The position numbers and the translations under genes are program-made. A stretch of DNA of 64,000 nucleotides from Candidatus Poribacteria bacterium (GTDB lineage: Bacteria > Poribacteria > WGA-4E > WGA-3G), in assembly GCA_022827885.1 (NCBI GenBank), contig JAJEIP010000072.1, positions 16,508-80,507 on the forward strand, written 5' to 3'. Positions 30,778 through 40,929 of this stretch are shown here, piece after piece. A model generated the notes under the pieces. The model was not told the DNA's origin. It saw nothing but the letters and a program-made list of their open reading frames with translations, and made no database searches. How positions within the stretch are numbered: position 1 is the stretch's first letter; each line of letters starts with the position of its first letter.

Positions 30778-31566
30778 GTGGCACGTTTCTTTACACTTTT
30801 ATTTACATCGCTTCTCTGCATCACAATGATAGGGTGTAGTGGTGATGGTGGTGATGGTTATGAGAACATTGATATCCCACCCCCGATCAGTGATGCAAAG
30901 CGCATTGCAATTGTCCCATTCTTTGCCAAAACAGGAGCATCAGAAGACGTTGAAAAGTTAGCTGGACGCATCGGCGTAAACCTTGCAACCCGTCTGGAAC
31001 TGATATTCAAAGAGGCAGAATGGATTTATGACATCTCAAACAAGGTTCAACCGGTTGCAGACAAACTCACGGAGTTAGGCTTAACGCCGGAGCAAGTCTA
31101 TGGAGATCCTGCTTTGGCAGCAAAACTCGGACAGGAACTCGGCACCGATATGGTTATCATCGGAAGTGTCGAAGAACCGAAGATAACCGATCAGGACTAC
31201 AACCAACTTCTTATGAAACAGGGTAGACAAGGTGGGATTTCCGGTACATCCACCTATATTCGCACCCGCCTTACTGCCAGGGGACTGACTCGCGTCAGAG
31301 TCATTGATGCCAACTCCAATAAGATTATTTTCAACAACCGTGTCGGATCGTATCTCAAGTATTGGTACGCCTATCAGACCCAGCAGAGCGAACAGCAAAT
31401 ATTTAAGAGCCGGATGGATAGGCTTGCCGATTTAGGTCAATATCTCCCGCTCAGAATCGCTTATGTTCTCCATCCAACTGGGTTAAAGTTAGAACCCGAA
31501 GAGCAGATTCTGCTTAAACCGGACATGGTGCTCAAAGGGACAGGCGGTATTGTTGAGTTTAATTAG
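30778..31566 (+). CDS. Lipoprotein of unknown function
   Basis: A GTG start at 30778 lies 7 nt after an AGGAGG RBS. The lipobox is LCITMIGC|SGDGG. The longer track ORF from 30700 lacks an RBS. Confidence 0.6.
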   Translation: MARFFTLLFTSLLCITMIGCSGDGGDGYENIDIPPPISDAKRIAIVPFFAKTGASEDVEKLAGRIGVNLATRLELIFKEAEWIYDISNKVQPVADKLTELGLTPEQVYGDPALAAKLGQELGTDMVIIGSVEEPKITDQDYNQLLMKQGRQGGISGTSTYIRTRLTARGLTRVRVIDANSNKIIFNNRVGSYLKYWYAYQTQQSEQQIFKSRMDRLADLGQYLPLRIAYVLHPTGLKLEPEEQILLKPDMVLKGTGGIVEFN

Positions 31567-31632
31567 AGCGGTTTAGGCTTTGTAAACAATCATTTCAAGA
31601 AAGAGGCGCGGTTTATGCCGTGCCTCTTCTCG

Positions 31633-32103
31633 TTAAGGTGAATGATTCACAAAGAAATTTTCGAGTTGGTGGGTGTAGGCTTCACCGTACTTCAAAAGTT
31701 GGAGCGCGGCATCATACAGTTCGGAAAGCGCGAGTTCTTGGTAGGGATTCGCGATTTTTTCATAGAAATCTAAAGCCTTGATGAAAAAATCTAAGGTTTC
31801 CTGATCAATTACACCGTTTTGATATAAGGCACGGAAGCTTTGATGTTTCTGCTGTGGCGGTGTCTGGCCGCTAAATTCGATAATAACGTTGTTGATGTCC
31901 ACAGTACGCTGAATAATCATAAGGAAGCAGCTTTTAACATAAGAGTGTGTAATCCTGTCCGCTTCAATATATTCTTCTTGATCTGCTGGCAGCCCATACC
32001 GTAATTGGTCAAAACATTCATTTATAGATTCCAATTTCGCTTTTACTGGGTTGAAGCGGCGATTCGCAGTTTTCTTTGCGTTTCTAACCTTCCTTTTTCC
32101 CAT
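31633..32103 (-). CDS. Hypothetical protein (156 aa), basic N-terminus, orphan
   Basis: It is a clean ORF with an AT-rich upstream region and no recognisable motifs. It converges on the lipoprotein gene. Confidence 0.45.
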   Translation of the reverse strand: MGKRKVRNAKKTANRRFNPVKAKLESINECFDQLRYGLPADQEEYIEADRITHSYVKSCFLMIIQRTVDINNVIIEFSGQTPPQQKHQSFRALYQNGVIDQETLDFFIKALDFYEKIANPYQELALSELYDAALQLLKYGEAYTHQLENFFVNHSP

Positions 32104-32333
32104 TTCCTGTTCCTTTCCTTGTATGGTTTTTCGTTTTGTTAGGGTTCAATTCTTTTAGACGCTAAGAAACTTAAAAAGTTGTAACCCTCTTACTTTTCTA
32201 TTATATGCCTTATGTTGCTCTTCTTCTTTTCATGCTCTGACTAAAATCTGAAACCTGCCTTTAAACGTGGTATAACCTTTCTAAATATGTTAAAATTAGA
32301 TGAAATATTAAAGGAGAAAACGGAGTACAAACA

Positions 32334-33314
32334 GTGAAAGCGATTATCAGAACAGGCGATGGCGGACCGGAAGTCCTGCAATTAGGCGAAATTCCATCAC
32401 CGAATCCAACAGAAACACAAGTCTTGGTGGATGTCCATGCAACTGCCTTAAATCGAGCCGATATGATTCAACGCCGCGGTGGATATCCACCGCCGCCAGG
32501 TGATTCTGAGGTCCTCGGTTTAGAGATCGCTGGCACCGTTTCAGCGATGGGTCGTGCTGTAAAAGGAGTGGCGAAAGGGGATCGCGTTTTTGGGCTCGTT
32601 GGAGGTGGCGGTTATGCAGAGCAAGCCGTCATTGATTACCGGATGGCAATGCCAATGCCTGACGAATGGACTTTTGAACAAGCTGCCGCTGTGCCTGAAG
32701 TCTTTTTTACAGCGGGGGACAACATTTTTACCCAAGGCGGCTTATCAACTGGTGAGACAATCTTGATTCATGCAGGCGGGAGCGGTGTTGGCACCGCTGG
32801 TGTCCAAATCTCGCATCACGCCGGTGCCAAGGTTTTTATCACCGCAGGGACCCCGGAAAAAATTGAAAAGTGCAAGGCACTCGGTGCGGAAGAGGGCATC
32901 AACTACAAAGAAAGCGATTTCGTTGCCGAGATTCTACGTTTGACAGAGGGTCAAGGTGTAGATGTTGTTGTGGACTTTATCGGAGCAACTTATCTTGAAC
33001 GGAACCTTTCTGTGCTTAAAACAAGGGGTCGACTTTTACAACTCGGGTTAATCAGCGGTTCAGTCACAGAAATTAACCTCAATACACTGATGCGAAACAG
33101 GATTCAATTGATAGGCTCCGTCCTGCGGACACGATCCATTGACGAAAAAATCGGTGTCACACAAAACTTTATGGATCGCTGGTTGCCCGAATTGGCGAGC
33201 GGCAAAATCCGACCCATTATTGACACCGTCTTTCCGTTAGCCCACGTGCAAGAGGCTCATGCTTATATGGAAGCCAATCGCAATTTCGGAAAAATTATTT
33301 TAAAGGTGAGATAG
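32334..33314 (+). CDS. NADPH:quinone oxidoreductase / zinc-independent MDR family alcohol dehydrogenase-like
   Basis: It has the Qor-type N-terminus (EVLQLGEIPSPNPTETQVLVDVHATALNRADMIQRRGGYPPPPG). The NAD(P)-binding motif is AGGSGVGTA. An AAAGGAGAAAAC RBS precedes the GTG start. Confidence 0.8.
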   Translation: MKAIIRTGDGGPEVLQLGEIPSPNPTETQVLVDVHATALNRADMIQRRGGYPPPPGDSEVLGLEIAGTVSAMGRAVKGVAKGDRVFGLVGGGGYAEQAVIDYRMAMPMPDEWTFEQAAAVPEVFFTAGDNIFTQGGLSTGETILIHAGGSGVGTAGVQISHHAGAKVFITAGTPEKIEKCKALGAEEGINYKESDFVAEILRLTEGQGVDVVVDFIGATYLERNLSVLKTRGRLLQLGLISGSVTEINLNTLMRNRIQLIGSVLRTRSIDEKIGVTQNFMDRWLPELASGKIRPIIDTVFPLAHVQEAHAYMEANRNFGKIILKVR

Positions 33315-33340
33315 CGGAGTTGAGAGTAGAGGGGCCTTTG

Positions 33341-33375
33341 GAAAGTCCACACGGACTTTCTCCTTCTCTCTCAAA
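33341..33375 (+). terminator. Candidate intrinsic terminator hairpin GAAAGTCC-ACAC-GGACTTTC followed by a pyrimidine-rich tract
   Basis: It is an 8-bp perfect stem about 27 nt after the stop of the quinone oxidoreductase gene. The U-tract is weak (TCTCCTTCTCTCTC). Confidence 0.3.
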
Positions 33376-33448
33376 AAAAGTGAAGAATCTGTGCTATACC
33401 AGACACTTATAACACAAAGTTTTGTATTCAAAATATCGAGGGGCTTGA

Positions 33449-36400
33449 ATGCTATTCTCAAAACAGATAGGAACGGGGCACAAACCTGTATATGCTTTAT
33501 TCAAGTTTGGTATTCTACTGGGCATCTATGTTCTCATCTTTGTAGGAGAGGTTTGTGCGGAAATCCGCAGCAAAAACACCCAGCAAAAACACCCCGATTC
33601 TTTCGCAAAGATTACCCAAACGACATCAACAGACGGAATCACTCTTCAATTCACCTTGCCGGAGCTGACTGTATCTGAGGTAATCCGGAATAATGTCCGG
33701 TACCAAGAGGTGCGTTACGCCGAGTGTCACTTCACCGATGAACCAGGAAACCCCAAAGTTCCTGTTACACGCCTCATGCTCGGTATACCCGCGACGGCTA
33801 CAATTGAAGCAGTTGATGTCTCTGCTGCGTCTGCTGAGACACGCACCGGCGTGCGTCTCATTCCAGTTCCGATTTTTGATATACATGAACGCAATTCACA
33901 ACACGCAGCTTCGCAGCGCTGGTCAGAAAGCGGGAGCGCATATCGGTTAAAAGAAAATGGCGCGTTTGCTGGAAACCGTTCATACCCTGGACATCCGCTT
34001 GCTCGGATCGTGCGCGAAGGCTATATTCGGAATCAACGTGTCATCGCGTTGGCACTATATCCAGTGCAATATCTGCCGAACACCCGGACACTGCATTTGT
34101 ATTCACGTTTCACAGTGAACATTCGTTTCTCCTATACGGAGCAGGGAGGACCGCTAACAGCACAAGGGAGCGGTTCACAAATTTTCCCTGTCCAAGGGAC
34201 AATTGCCCCAGAATCGGAGGCGTTTGAGCGTGCATTTTCACATCAACTCTTAAACGCTGAGCAAGCCGCCCGTTTTCGAGCACCCCGTCCACTGGTACCT
34301 GCAGCACCAACACTCATACCCAACGGCGGTGATGGAACACGTTATAAGTTGTCTGTCCAAGAGACAGGTATCTATGCGGTGACAGCAGCATCTCTTCAGA
34401 ACGACTGGGGTATAGATCTCATCGGCACGCATCCGACAAGATTGCGACTCACACAAGGAAACAGAAACATTCCTATCTACATCAGCGGTGCGGCGGATGG
34501 AAGTTTTGACCCGAACGATGCTATCTTTTTTCTCGGGCATAAGTCTAAAAATCGGTATAGTCGTTGGAATGTCTATTGGCTCACGATTGACAATAGTGCC
34601 ACACCTACCCGCCTTCCGGCACGGGTGCCACAGATTACCGCCAGCCCCACAGACCAAACGGCGACACAGGTTCCCACCTTCCGTTCTAAAGTGGATTTTG
34701 AAGAGGATCATCTGACGAGTAACCTCGAATTTGTCTATACTGAGACTGTTTCACCTGGTGACAAGCACGGTTGGTTTGATGCTTTGGACTTCTGGTACTG
34801 GGACGGTATAAAGAATGGGGGGGATGCCGCCGAGATGCGTCTCGAATTCCCGCTCTATGATGTCGCAAAAAGTTTCGATCCACCACGTATCTCCGTTGAT
34901 TTACAAGGCGGCACACCGGTATCACACGAGATTTTGGTCGCTATTAATGGAGTCCGGATCGATTTTGCCGAGTGGGAACAGCAAGACACACTCACCATTG
35001 GACGCACATTGCGCACTTGGGATACCCTTAAGGACAGCGTCAAAGGCGAACAGAACGTGTTGTCTTTAGCCAGAGTTGACAGCAACGTTGATGAGGATAC
35101 CACCCGATACCCCTATCATGTCTACCTCAACCGTTTTTCTGTCGAGTATACTCGTCTTTTCCGAGCTGTTGCTGACGAGTTATGGTTCAGATCACCCACT
35201 GCCGATGCAACCTCCCAAGAGCGAAAACTCCCTGGAGGTCGTAAACTCCAGTATAAAATTGAGGCGTTCCGGGACCCGGGGATACATATCTTTGAGACGG
35301 ATGGGACATACCTGACTGCCCAGATGCAAGGTGTGAATGTGGAAGTAGATGTGGAAGGGGTTTCTAACCGCGATTCCTATAATGCGCTTTTCCAAGTACC
35401 CGATACTCGAAGCACCCAATTTATCGCCGTTTCCAATACGGCGTTGCGTCAGCCTGATCGCGTTGAGGTCGTTGTACCTACGGGCTTAGCGACTGCAGCG
35501 CAGGGTGCTGACTATCTAATTGTGGCACACCCTAACTTCCTTTCTGCCGCCCAACGATTGACAGCGTGGCGATCGACACCTGGCGGGGGCGGATACCGCA
35601 CCAAAGTTGTTACAACCGATGATATTTACAATACCTTTGGGGATGGCGGTGTCAATCCGAAGACTATTAAGGCGTTTCTAAAGCATGCGTTTCAGTCTTG
35701 GACCGCGCCAGCACTAACCTATGTAGTCCTCTTTGGCGATGGCACCTTCGATTTTCGAGGCATTGACACGGATATTTATGCTGAACCGCCGGAGCTGGCT
35801 GGATACATTCCAACCCATTATATACGAACCGATTCCTTCGGACGGACCGCGGCAGATCATTGGTATGCGACCGTTTCCGGACACGATGAATTCACGGATT
35901 TCTATATAGGTAGGCTCAGTGTTGAGACTCCCGATCAAGCGGATGCAGTCGTTGACAAAATCATCGCCTACGAACAAGCACCGCCTAACGGGGACTGGCG
36001 GCGAAGAATTATTTCTGTTGCCGACGACGAAGTTAGTAACTCTGGAGATTTTATTTTTAAGAAAAGCCTTGATGAAATAGCGAAAGATCACACCCGCCTT
36101 GGATACGAAACGGTTGAGGTGTTCCTTGAAGATGTTATTGACCAAGTGGAAGCACATCCGGCGGATTACCCAGGACTCTTGCCCCAACGCGTGGCGAAAG
36201 ATCAAATCATTGAGGCACTTGGAGAGGGGGCTGTACTAGCACAATATGCCGGGCACGGCGGCAGAATCGTCTGGGCGCACGAAGCCATCTTTGATAATGC
36301 CTCTGTTGACCAAGTTGAGGAAACCGATAAAATCCCTTTCATGTTGGTTCTGAGTTGTTATAACGGCTATTTTGACAAGCCCGGTGAACCGAGCATGGCG

Positions 36401-39400
36401 GAGAAATTGTTACGTAAAGAGAGAGGCGGTATCATCGGCATGTTGAGTGCAACCCGTCTCACATACGGCAGCGGAAACGACGCTCTCAACCGTATCATTT
36501 TCGACATGCTCTTTAAACGGAACATCCGGCAACTCGGTCCCTTGAGTTTCGATTCAAAGGTTGAACTTTTGATGACAGAAGGCACGGGTCAAATTGATAT
36601 TATGATGGAATATACGCTTTTCGGTGATCCTGCCCTACAAATTGCTATCGCTAATGGTGAAATTCAACCTACTGTTGAGACGAAAACAGTTGCCCCTGGG
36701 GATACCCTCCGAATTGCAGGGGGACACGTCCAGACTGCCACTTACGACGCCGCAAGTCGAACAAAACGTTTTGTTACCGATACCTCTTTTAACGGCACAC
36801 TCACCGTTAAAGCTTTGTTTCCTGGGAGAACAGCTACCGCTCAAGGTGTTGCGGGTCCAGTGAAATACTACACTGGAGACGTGATTCTCACGAAAACGGC
36901 AAATGTTAACCGTGGTGCTTATCCTGCTTTGACTTTTTCTGTTCCGAAAAACATTGACAGCGGTGATGCCCATGTCGAGTACTACGCGCAAAGTAACACA
37001 ACTGTTGCTGTCGGTGGCGATGGATTTACCGTCAACATCCCCAAAATCCTCGACATTAAACCCGAGTTAGTCGATGAAGGCAAGTTCCGCATCTCTGTTC
37101 AGGTTTCCGATGAAAAAGAAGAACTGTTCCTGGTGCTCTTGGAGTGGCGTAATCCACAGAGTCGAGCGTGGGAGAATGTCCGGCTCGTTCCCGCCGATCC
37201 CCCGTTGTCGGAAGACGGATGGTGGACGGTGCCTGAACCTCTAAACGCGCCTATAGATGGTTCCTCTATCCGGTATAATCTTCAAGTCACGGATATAGAC
37301 AACAACACGGTTACAAGCGACAGACTTCAATATTATCCCTACGTATATCCTAATCTTACCATTGTAAAGATTGATAGAACTGACAGGGTTGGGTACGGTT
37401 ACAACACTAAAACGGAGCAATGGTATCTCTCGGCGGATGTACAGGTAGAAGGCGAAGGCATAGAGATCCCTATTGAGGTCGCTTTTTTCAGCGGCAATCC
37501 AGATGTTAACGATGATATGCTTGTTGACAACGATGTGAATCTCATCGGAACTACCCGAATCCAGCCCAACGACTGGGTGCAACGCACGCCGTTGGCGAAC
37601 CCCGGTACAAAGAAGGATGTTTATGAACCGGATCCGTTGAATACACTCCCAATTGCAACCGCTACTTTAAATCTGAAAGACTCGTTACCTCTCGGCACAC
37701 ACGACATATTCGTCTATATTGATGTGATAGAAACTGAAGCGGATCAGCCGGGTGATGTCCTTGAAAACGATGAGGAGGACAATATCGCTTACCGACGACT
37801 CTTTGTCGATATAAATGCGGTGGGAACGACTTCTTCAAGTCAGGTCACCAGTTTGGACCGGAATTGCATGATCACTGTTCCGCCTGGTGGTTTCCAAGAA
37901 GCAGCAGTGCTGGCAGTCCGTCCGTTAGATGAACGAAAGTTTCTGGAAACTGTAGGGGCGGGCTCTCTTGATACGACTCCGAAAGCCTCATCTTTCCGTA
38001 GTGGCGAGGGCACCTTGCCCTTACAGGGAATGTCCAAACGGGCACCACTTCCCGGTATCTCCGCTTACGGATATGAGATTGTTGTTGGTGAGCGTAGTGG
38101 CGAGGCAGCCTCGTCTGCAACAGACGTTATTAAACTTACCTCCTCGGTGGCGATCGACTTAAGCTTTGACCTCGGTGCTCTCAGAACCCAACTCACGCGA
38201 GAATTGTTGGGTGGCACGGAATCCGAAGACACACCTTTGGAAGAGGGACCCGATGAATTTGGGGTTGCAGATACAATTGACACCGCCATTGCATCCCGGG
38301 CACGTGAGTTGGGTGTTTATATGTTTAACTCGACACTCGGAAATTGGACGCGGCTTCCTTCTCAACAACTTGCCGATGCTACGGGGACGTTACAACAGCG
38401 GATACAGGTAACAAACGTGAGTGAGGATAACGTTGGCGAAAGCGCGCTTCGCGATGTTCGCGTCCAATCCGAAGGTGCTCGGACCGGCAAATACGTCCTC
38501 TTCTTCACGGGTCCTCAAACCTATCGGCTTTTCCTTGCGCCTTCAACAGATGACATACGGGTATTTGAACCCTTGGAAGTTATTGCATCCGCGGAGCAGC
38601 TTGGAAACTTTACTACGGACATCCCAAGCTCCAGACACGGCTTCTCGATTAATGTAGAACTCGATTTTGAAAAACCTTTTGTATTCGGGGATATCTTGAC
38701 ATTCAACATAACTTCGCTTGTACAATCAGTAGATGTTGAGCCAGATCTTGATGCCCCTCAACAAGAGGAGCGTTGGTATGCCTCTGGGTTCAGGGATACT
38801 AACCGAGGCACGGGTACCATCAGTTACGTTGAACTTCCGCCGGACACCACTATGCCGGAGGATAAGTGGATTATCTTCTTCCTGACGGATAGTGTTTTTC
38901 AGGTTGAAGGTGAGAGAACCGGTATTTTGCGTTCCCAAACTGATGGAAACCAGCCATTGCATGGAACGGTCGGAGAACCTTTCGATTATAAGTCCTACGG
39001 CTTGCGTTTTCAACTCACGCAAGGCGAACGCTCCTTTGCACCTGGTGATAGATTTCGGTTTCAAACCCGATCTGTCGGTACTATTCGAGCTACAACGGAT
39101 CGCCTTGGACCAATTACGCTGCTGTATACCGACGATACTGTGCCACCAGATATACAACTCACTATCGGCAATCAACAACACTTTGTTCCGGGGGATGCAA
39201 CAGATTCGGAACCGCTCATCGGGGCAACATTAACTGACCTAAGTGGACTTGATTATCTCACGCGTCCGCTGCTATTGGAAATTGGAGATTCGTTCGGTGA
39301 ATATGAGCGCATTAAGCCGGAGGCGTATCAAGTGACACATCATCCCGGTTCAAATCAACTCGTTTTAACATATCCGTCTCCGGAGCTTGAACCGCGGGAA

Positions 39401-39772
39401 TATGAGGTTCGCCTAACTGCAAGCGATGTCCATGGAAATACGGATACAGTGAACATCACATTTCGAGTCCATGATACTTTACAACTGCTATCGTTTCTTA
39501 ACTATCCAAATCCTTTTCCGCGCAAAACAACGCTCACCTGCGAATTAACAGCCCCTGCTGATTCACTGGTTGTGAAAATCTATACGCTGAGTGGAAGACT
39601 GATCCGGGAGCTCGCTATGCCACCAACACCTGGGTTTCTTATGGTGGAATGGGATGGCAGAGATGCTGATGGCGTTGAGGTGGCAAATGGCGTTTACTAT
39701 GCTAAACTCCGAATCCAGCGCGAGGGTGAAAAAGATATAACCGAAATACTTAAAATGATGAAATTGCGTTAA
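33449..39772 (+). CDS. Giant (2107 aa) gingipain-like C25 cysteine peptidase with T9SS C-terminal sorting domain (PorU-like)
   Basis: It has a signal peptide. The C25 catalytic dyad regions are YAGHGGRIVW (His) and PFMLVLSCYNGYFD (Cys); compare gingipain YTGHGS and ACVNGDF. The C-terminus has the canonical Por_Secre_tail motifs (LNYPNPFPRKTTL...KIYTLSGRLIREL...WDGRDADGVEVANGVYYAKL). Confidence 0.85.
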   Translation: MLFSKQIGTGHKPVYALFKFGILLGIYVLIFVGEVCAEIRSKNTQQKHPDSFAKITQTTSTDGITLQFTLPELTVSEVIRNNVRYQEVRYAECHFTDEPGNPKVPVTRLMLGIPATATIEAVDVSAASAETRTGVRLIPVPIFDIHERNSQHAASQRWSESGSAYRLKENGAFAGNRSYPGHPLARIVREGYIRNQRVIALALYPVQYLPNTRTLHLYSRFTVNIRFSYTEQGGPLTAQGSGSQIFPVQGTIAPESEAFERAFSHQLLNAEQAARFRAPRPLVPAAPTLIPNGGDGTRYKLSVQETGIYAVTAASLQNDWGIDLIGTHPTRLRLTQGNRNIPIYISGAADGSFDPNDAIFFLGHKSKNRYSRWNVYWLTIDNSATPTRLPARVPQITASPTDQTATQVPTFRSKVDFEEDHLTSNLEFVYTETVSPGDKHGWFDALDFWYWDGIKNGGDAAEMRLEFPLYDVAKSFDPPRISVDLQGGTPVSHEILVAINGVRIDFAEWEQQDTLTIGRTLRTWDTLKDSVKGEQNVLSLARVDSNVDEDTTRYPYHVYLNRFSVEYTRLFRAVADELWFRSPTADATSQERKLPGGRKLQYKIEAFRDPGIHIFETDGTYLTAQMQGVNVEVDVEGVSNRDSYNALFQVPDTRSTQFIAVSNTALRQPDRVEVVVPTGLATAAQGADYLIVAHPNFLSAAQRLTAWRSTPGGGGYRTKVVTTDDIYNTFGDGGVNPKTIKAFLKHAFQSWTAPALTYVVLFGDGTFDFRGIDTDIYAEPPELAGYIPTHYIRTDSFGRTAADHWYATVSGHDEFTDFYIGRLSVETPDQADAVVDKIIAYEQAPPNGDWRRRIISVADDEVSNSGDFIFKKSLDEIAKDHTRLGYETVEVFLEDVIDQVEAHPADYPGLLPQRVAKDQIIEALGEGAVLAQYAGHGGRIVWAHEAIFDNASVDQVEETDKIPFMLVLSCYNGYFDKPGEPSMAEKLLRKERGGIIGMLSATRLTYGSGNDALNRIIFDMLFKRNIRQLGPLSFDSKVELLMTEGTGQIDIMMEYTLFGDPALQIAIANGEIQPTVETKTVAPGDTLRIAGGHVQTATYDAASRTKRFVTDTSFNGTLTVKALFPGRTATAQGVAGPVKYYTGDVILTKTANVNRGAYPALTFSVPKNIDSGDAHVEYYAQSNTTVAVGGDGFTVNIPKILDIKPELVDEGKFRISVQVSDEKEELFLVLLEWRNPQSRAWENVRLVPADPPLSEDGWWTVPEPLNAPIDGSSIRYNLQVTDIDNNTVTSDRLQYYPYVYPNLTIVKIDRTDRVGYGYNTKTEQWYLSADVQVEGEGIEIPIEVAFFSGNPDVNDDMLVDNDVNLIGTTRIQPNDWVQRTPLANPGTKKDVYEPDPLNTLPIATATLNLKDSLPLGTHDIFVYIDVIETEADQPGDVLENDEEDNIAYRRLFVDINAVGTTSSSQVTSLDRNCMITVPPGGFQEAAVLAVRPLDERKFLETVGAGSLDTTPKASSFRSGEGTLPLQGMSKRAPLPGISAYGYEIVVGERSGEAASSATDVIKLTSSVAIDLSFDLGALRTQLTRELLGGTESEDTPLEEGPDEFGVADTIDTAIASRARELGVYMFNSTLGNWTRLPSQQLADATGTLQQRIQVTNVSEDNVGESALRDVRVQSEGARTGKYVLFFTGPQTYRLFLAPSTDDIRVFEPLEVIASAEQLGNFTTDIPSSRHGFSINVELDFEKPFVFGDILTFNITSLVQSVDVEPDLDAPQQEERWYASGFRDTNRGTGTISYVELPPDTTMPEDKWIIFFLTDSVFQVEGERTGILRSQTDGNQPLHGTVGEPFDYKSYGLRFQLTQGERSFAPGDRFRFQTRSVGTIRATTDRLGPITLLYTDDTVPPDIQLTIGNQQHFVPGDATDSEPLIGATLTDLSGLDYLTRPLLLEIGDSFGEYERIKPEAYQVTHHPGSNQLVLTYPSPELEPREYEVRLTASDVHGNTDTVNITFRVHDTLQLLSFLNYPNPFPRKTTLTCELTAPADSLVVKIYTLSGRLIRELAMPPTPGFLMVEWDGRDADGVEVANGVYYAKLRIQREGEKDITEILKMMKLR
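35353..35377. repeat. Degenerate copy of palindromic element (GGAAGGGGTTTCTAACCGCGATTCC) in-frame in the PorU-like gene
   Basis: It has one mismatch in the stem. It encodes EGVSNRDS. Confidence 0.5.
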
Positions 39773-39805
39773 TGGTTGTTAGTTCGAATAACCGATAACA
39801 AAGAA

Positions 39806-40900
39806 ATGAAACATCTTAAAAAAAATATCTTCTATTTTCTGGTGTGTGTAATTACGTTCTGCGTGATGGCTCTCCAATCCGCTGAGGCGAGATACACTGC
39901 TGATTTCCTAACACTTGGGGTTGGTGCTCGCGCACTTGCTATGGGCGGTGCCGGGACTGCTCTGAGTGACAATGCTTACGCGCCGTATTGGAATCCTGCT
40001 GGATTGGGACAGCTCACTCGATATGAAGTCAGTTTCATGCATTCCACGCTCAATGGAGAAGATGCTTACGATTTCGCCAGTTTTGTGGTGCCGCTTGCAA
40101 ACCACAACTTGCAAGACAAAAGTCATCCACTGAAAAAACGAGGCGCAATCGGTGTCAGTTGGCTCCGCGTTGGTGTTGACGATATCCCTATTACCAGTCT
40201 GCCTGTGGTCAGTCGTCCTGTTGGACCTATGAACCGTCCAGAGGTTGTAGGGTCTTTCAATAATACCGATAACGCCTTTCTCTTTGCTAACGGCTGGAGA
40301 TTACCTGCTTTTCGTGGGATTCATTTACATCTCGGCGGGACACTCAAACTTCTCTATATGAGTGGGTATCGAAGCACAAATGCCATCGGTGGCGGCGCAG
40401 ATGTCGGTATTATTGCGATGACAAACCCAGAGAAATCTCATCAACTCATTCTCGGATTGCAGGCGAGCGATGCCTTTACGACAAAACTCTATTGGAATAC
40501 ACCGCCACAATCGTCAGATCAGACATCCCACACGGAAACAATATTGCCACACCTGAAGATTGGTATTGCCACGATACACTCGCTCCCTATCTTCCGAAGT
40601 ACACTCATTCTTGCCCTGGATACCTACATCCAAAATCAGGGTCAATCTCAAGTCGAGGAACCGCAGGGAAGTCCTGTTGAGTTACATGCAGGTGCCGAGT
40701 GGACGCTTTTCGATCTGCTTGCCTTGCGAATTGGAATGGCAGAACGGAGTGGGAGTCTTGAGAGTGTTCGTCAACTGACAGCAGGGGTTGGGTTGAACCT
40801 CCGATTCGTCACCGGGGCAGGTGCAGGATTAGACTATGCGTTTGCGAACCACCCAGCATTAGGGGGTAGTCATCGCATATCCCTCAGAATTCGGTTTTAG
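39806..40900 (+). CDS. Outer-membrane beta-barrel protein, PorV/PorP-SprF-family-like (T9SS-associated)
   Basis: The ATG at 39806 gives a classical signal peptide (MKHLKKNIFYFLVCVITFCVMALQSAEA|RY). The N-terminal motif is LGVGARALAMGGAGTALSDNAYAPYWNPAGL. It ends in ...RIRF (terminal Phe). It lies 30 bp downstream of the PorU-like gene, as in porU-porV pairs. Confidence 0.5.
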   Translation: MKHLKKNIFYFLVCVITFCVMALQSAEARYTADFLTLGVGARALAMGGAGTALSDNAYAPYWNPAGLGQLTRYEVSFMHSTLNGEDAYDFASFVVPLANHNLQDKSHPLKKRGAIGVSWLRVGVDDIPITSLPVVSRPVGPMNRPEVVGSFNNTDNAFLFANGWRLPAFRGIHLHLGGTLKLLYMSGYRSTNAIGGGADVGIIAMTNPEKSHQLILGLQASDAFTTKLYWNTPPQSSDQTSHTETILPHLKIGIATIHSLPIFRSTLILALDTYIQNQGQSQVEEPQGSPVELHAGAEWTLFDLLALRIGMAERSGSLESVRQLTAGVGLNLRFVTGAGAGLDYAFANHPALGGSHRISLRIRF

Positions 40901-40929
40901 TAGTTGTCAGTTATTAAGTAGTTAAGAAA

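Noticed and set aside
39776-39805. TTG start for the PorV-like gene as given in the ORF track
   Set aside because: The downstream ATG at 39806 yields a canonical signal peptide (MKHLKKN...ALQSAEA). The TTG merely extends the longest ORF from the stop of the preceding gene.
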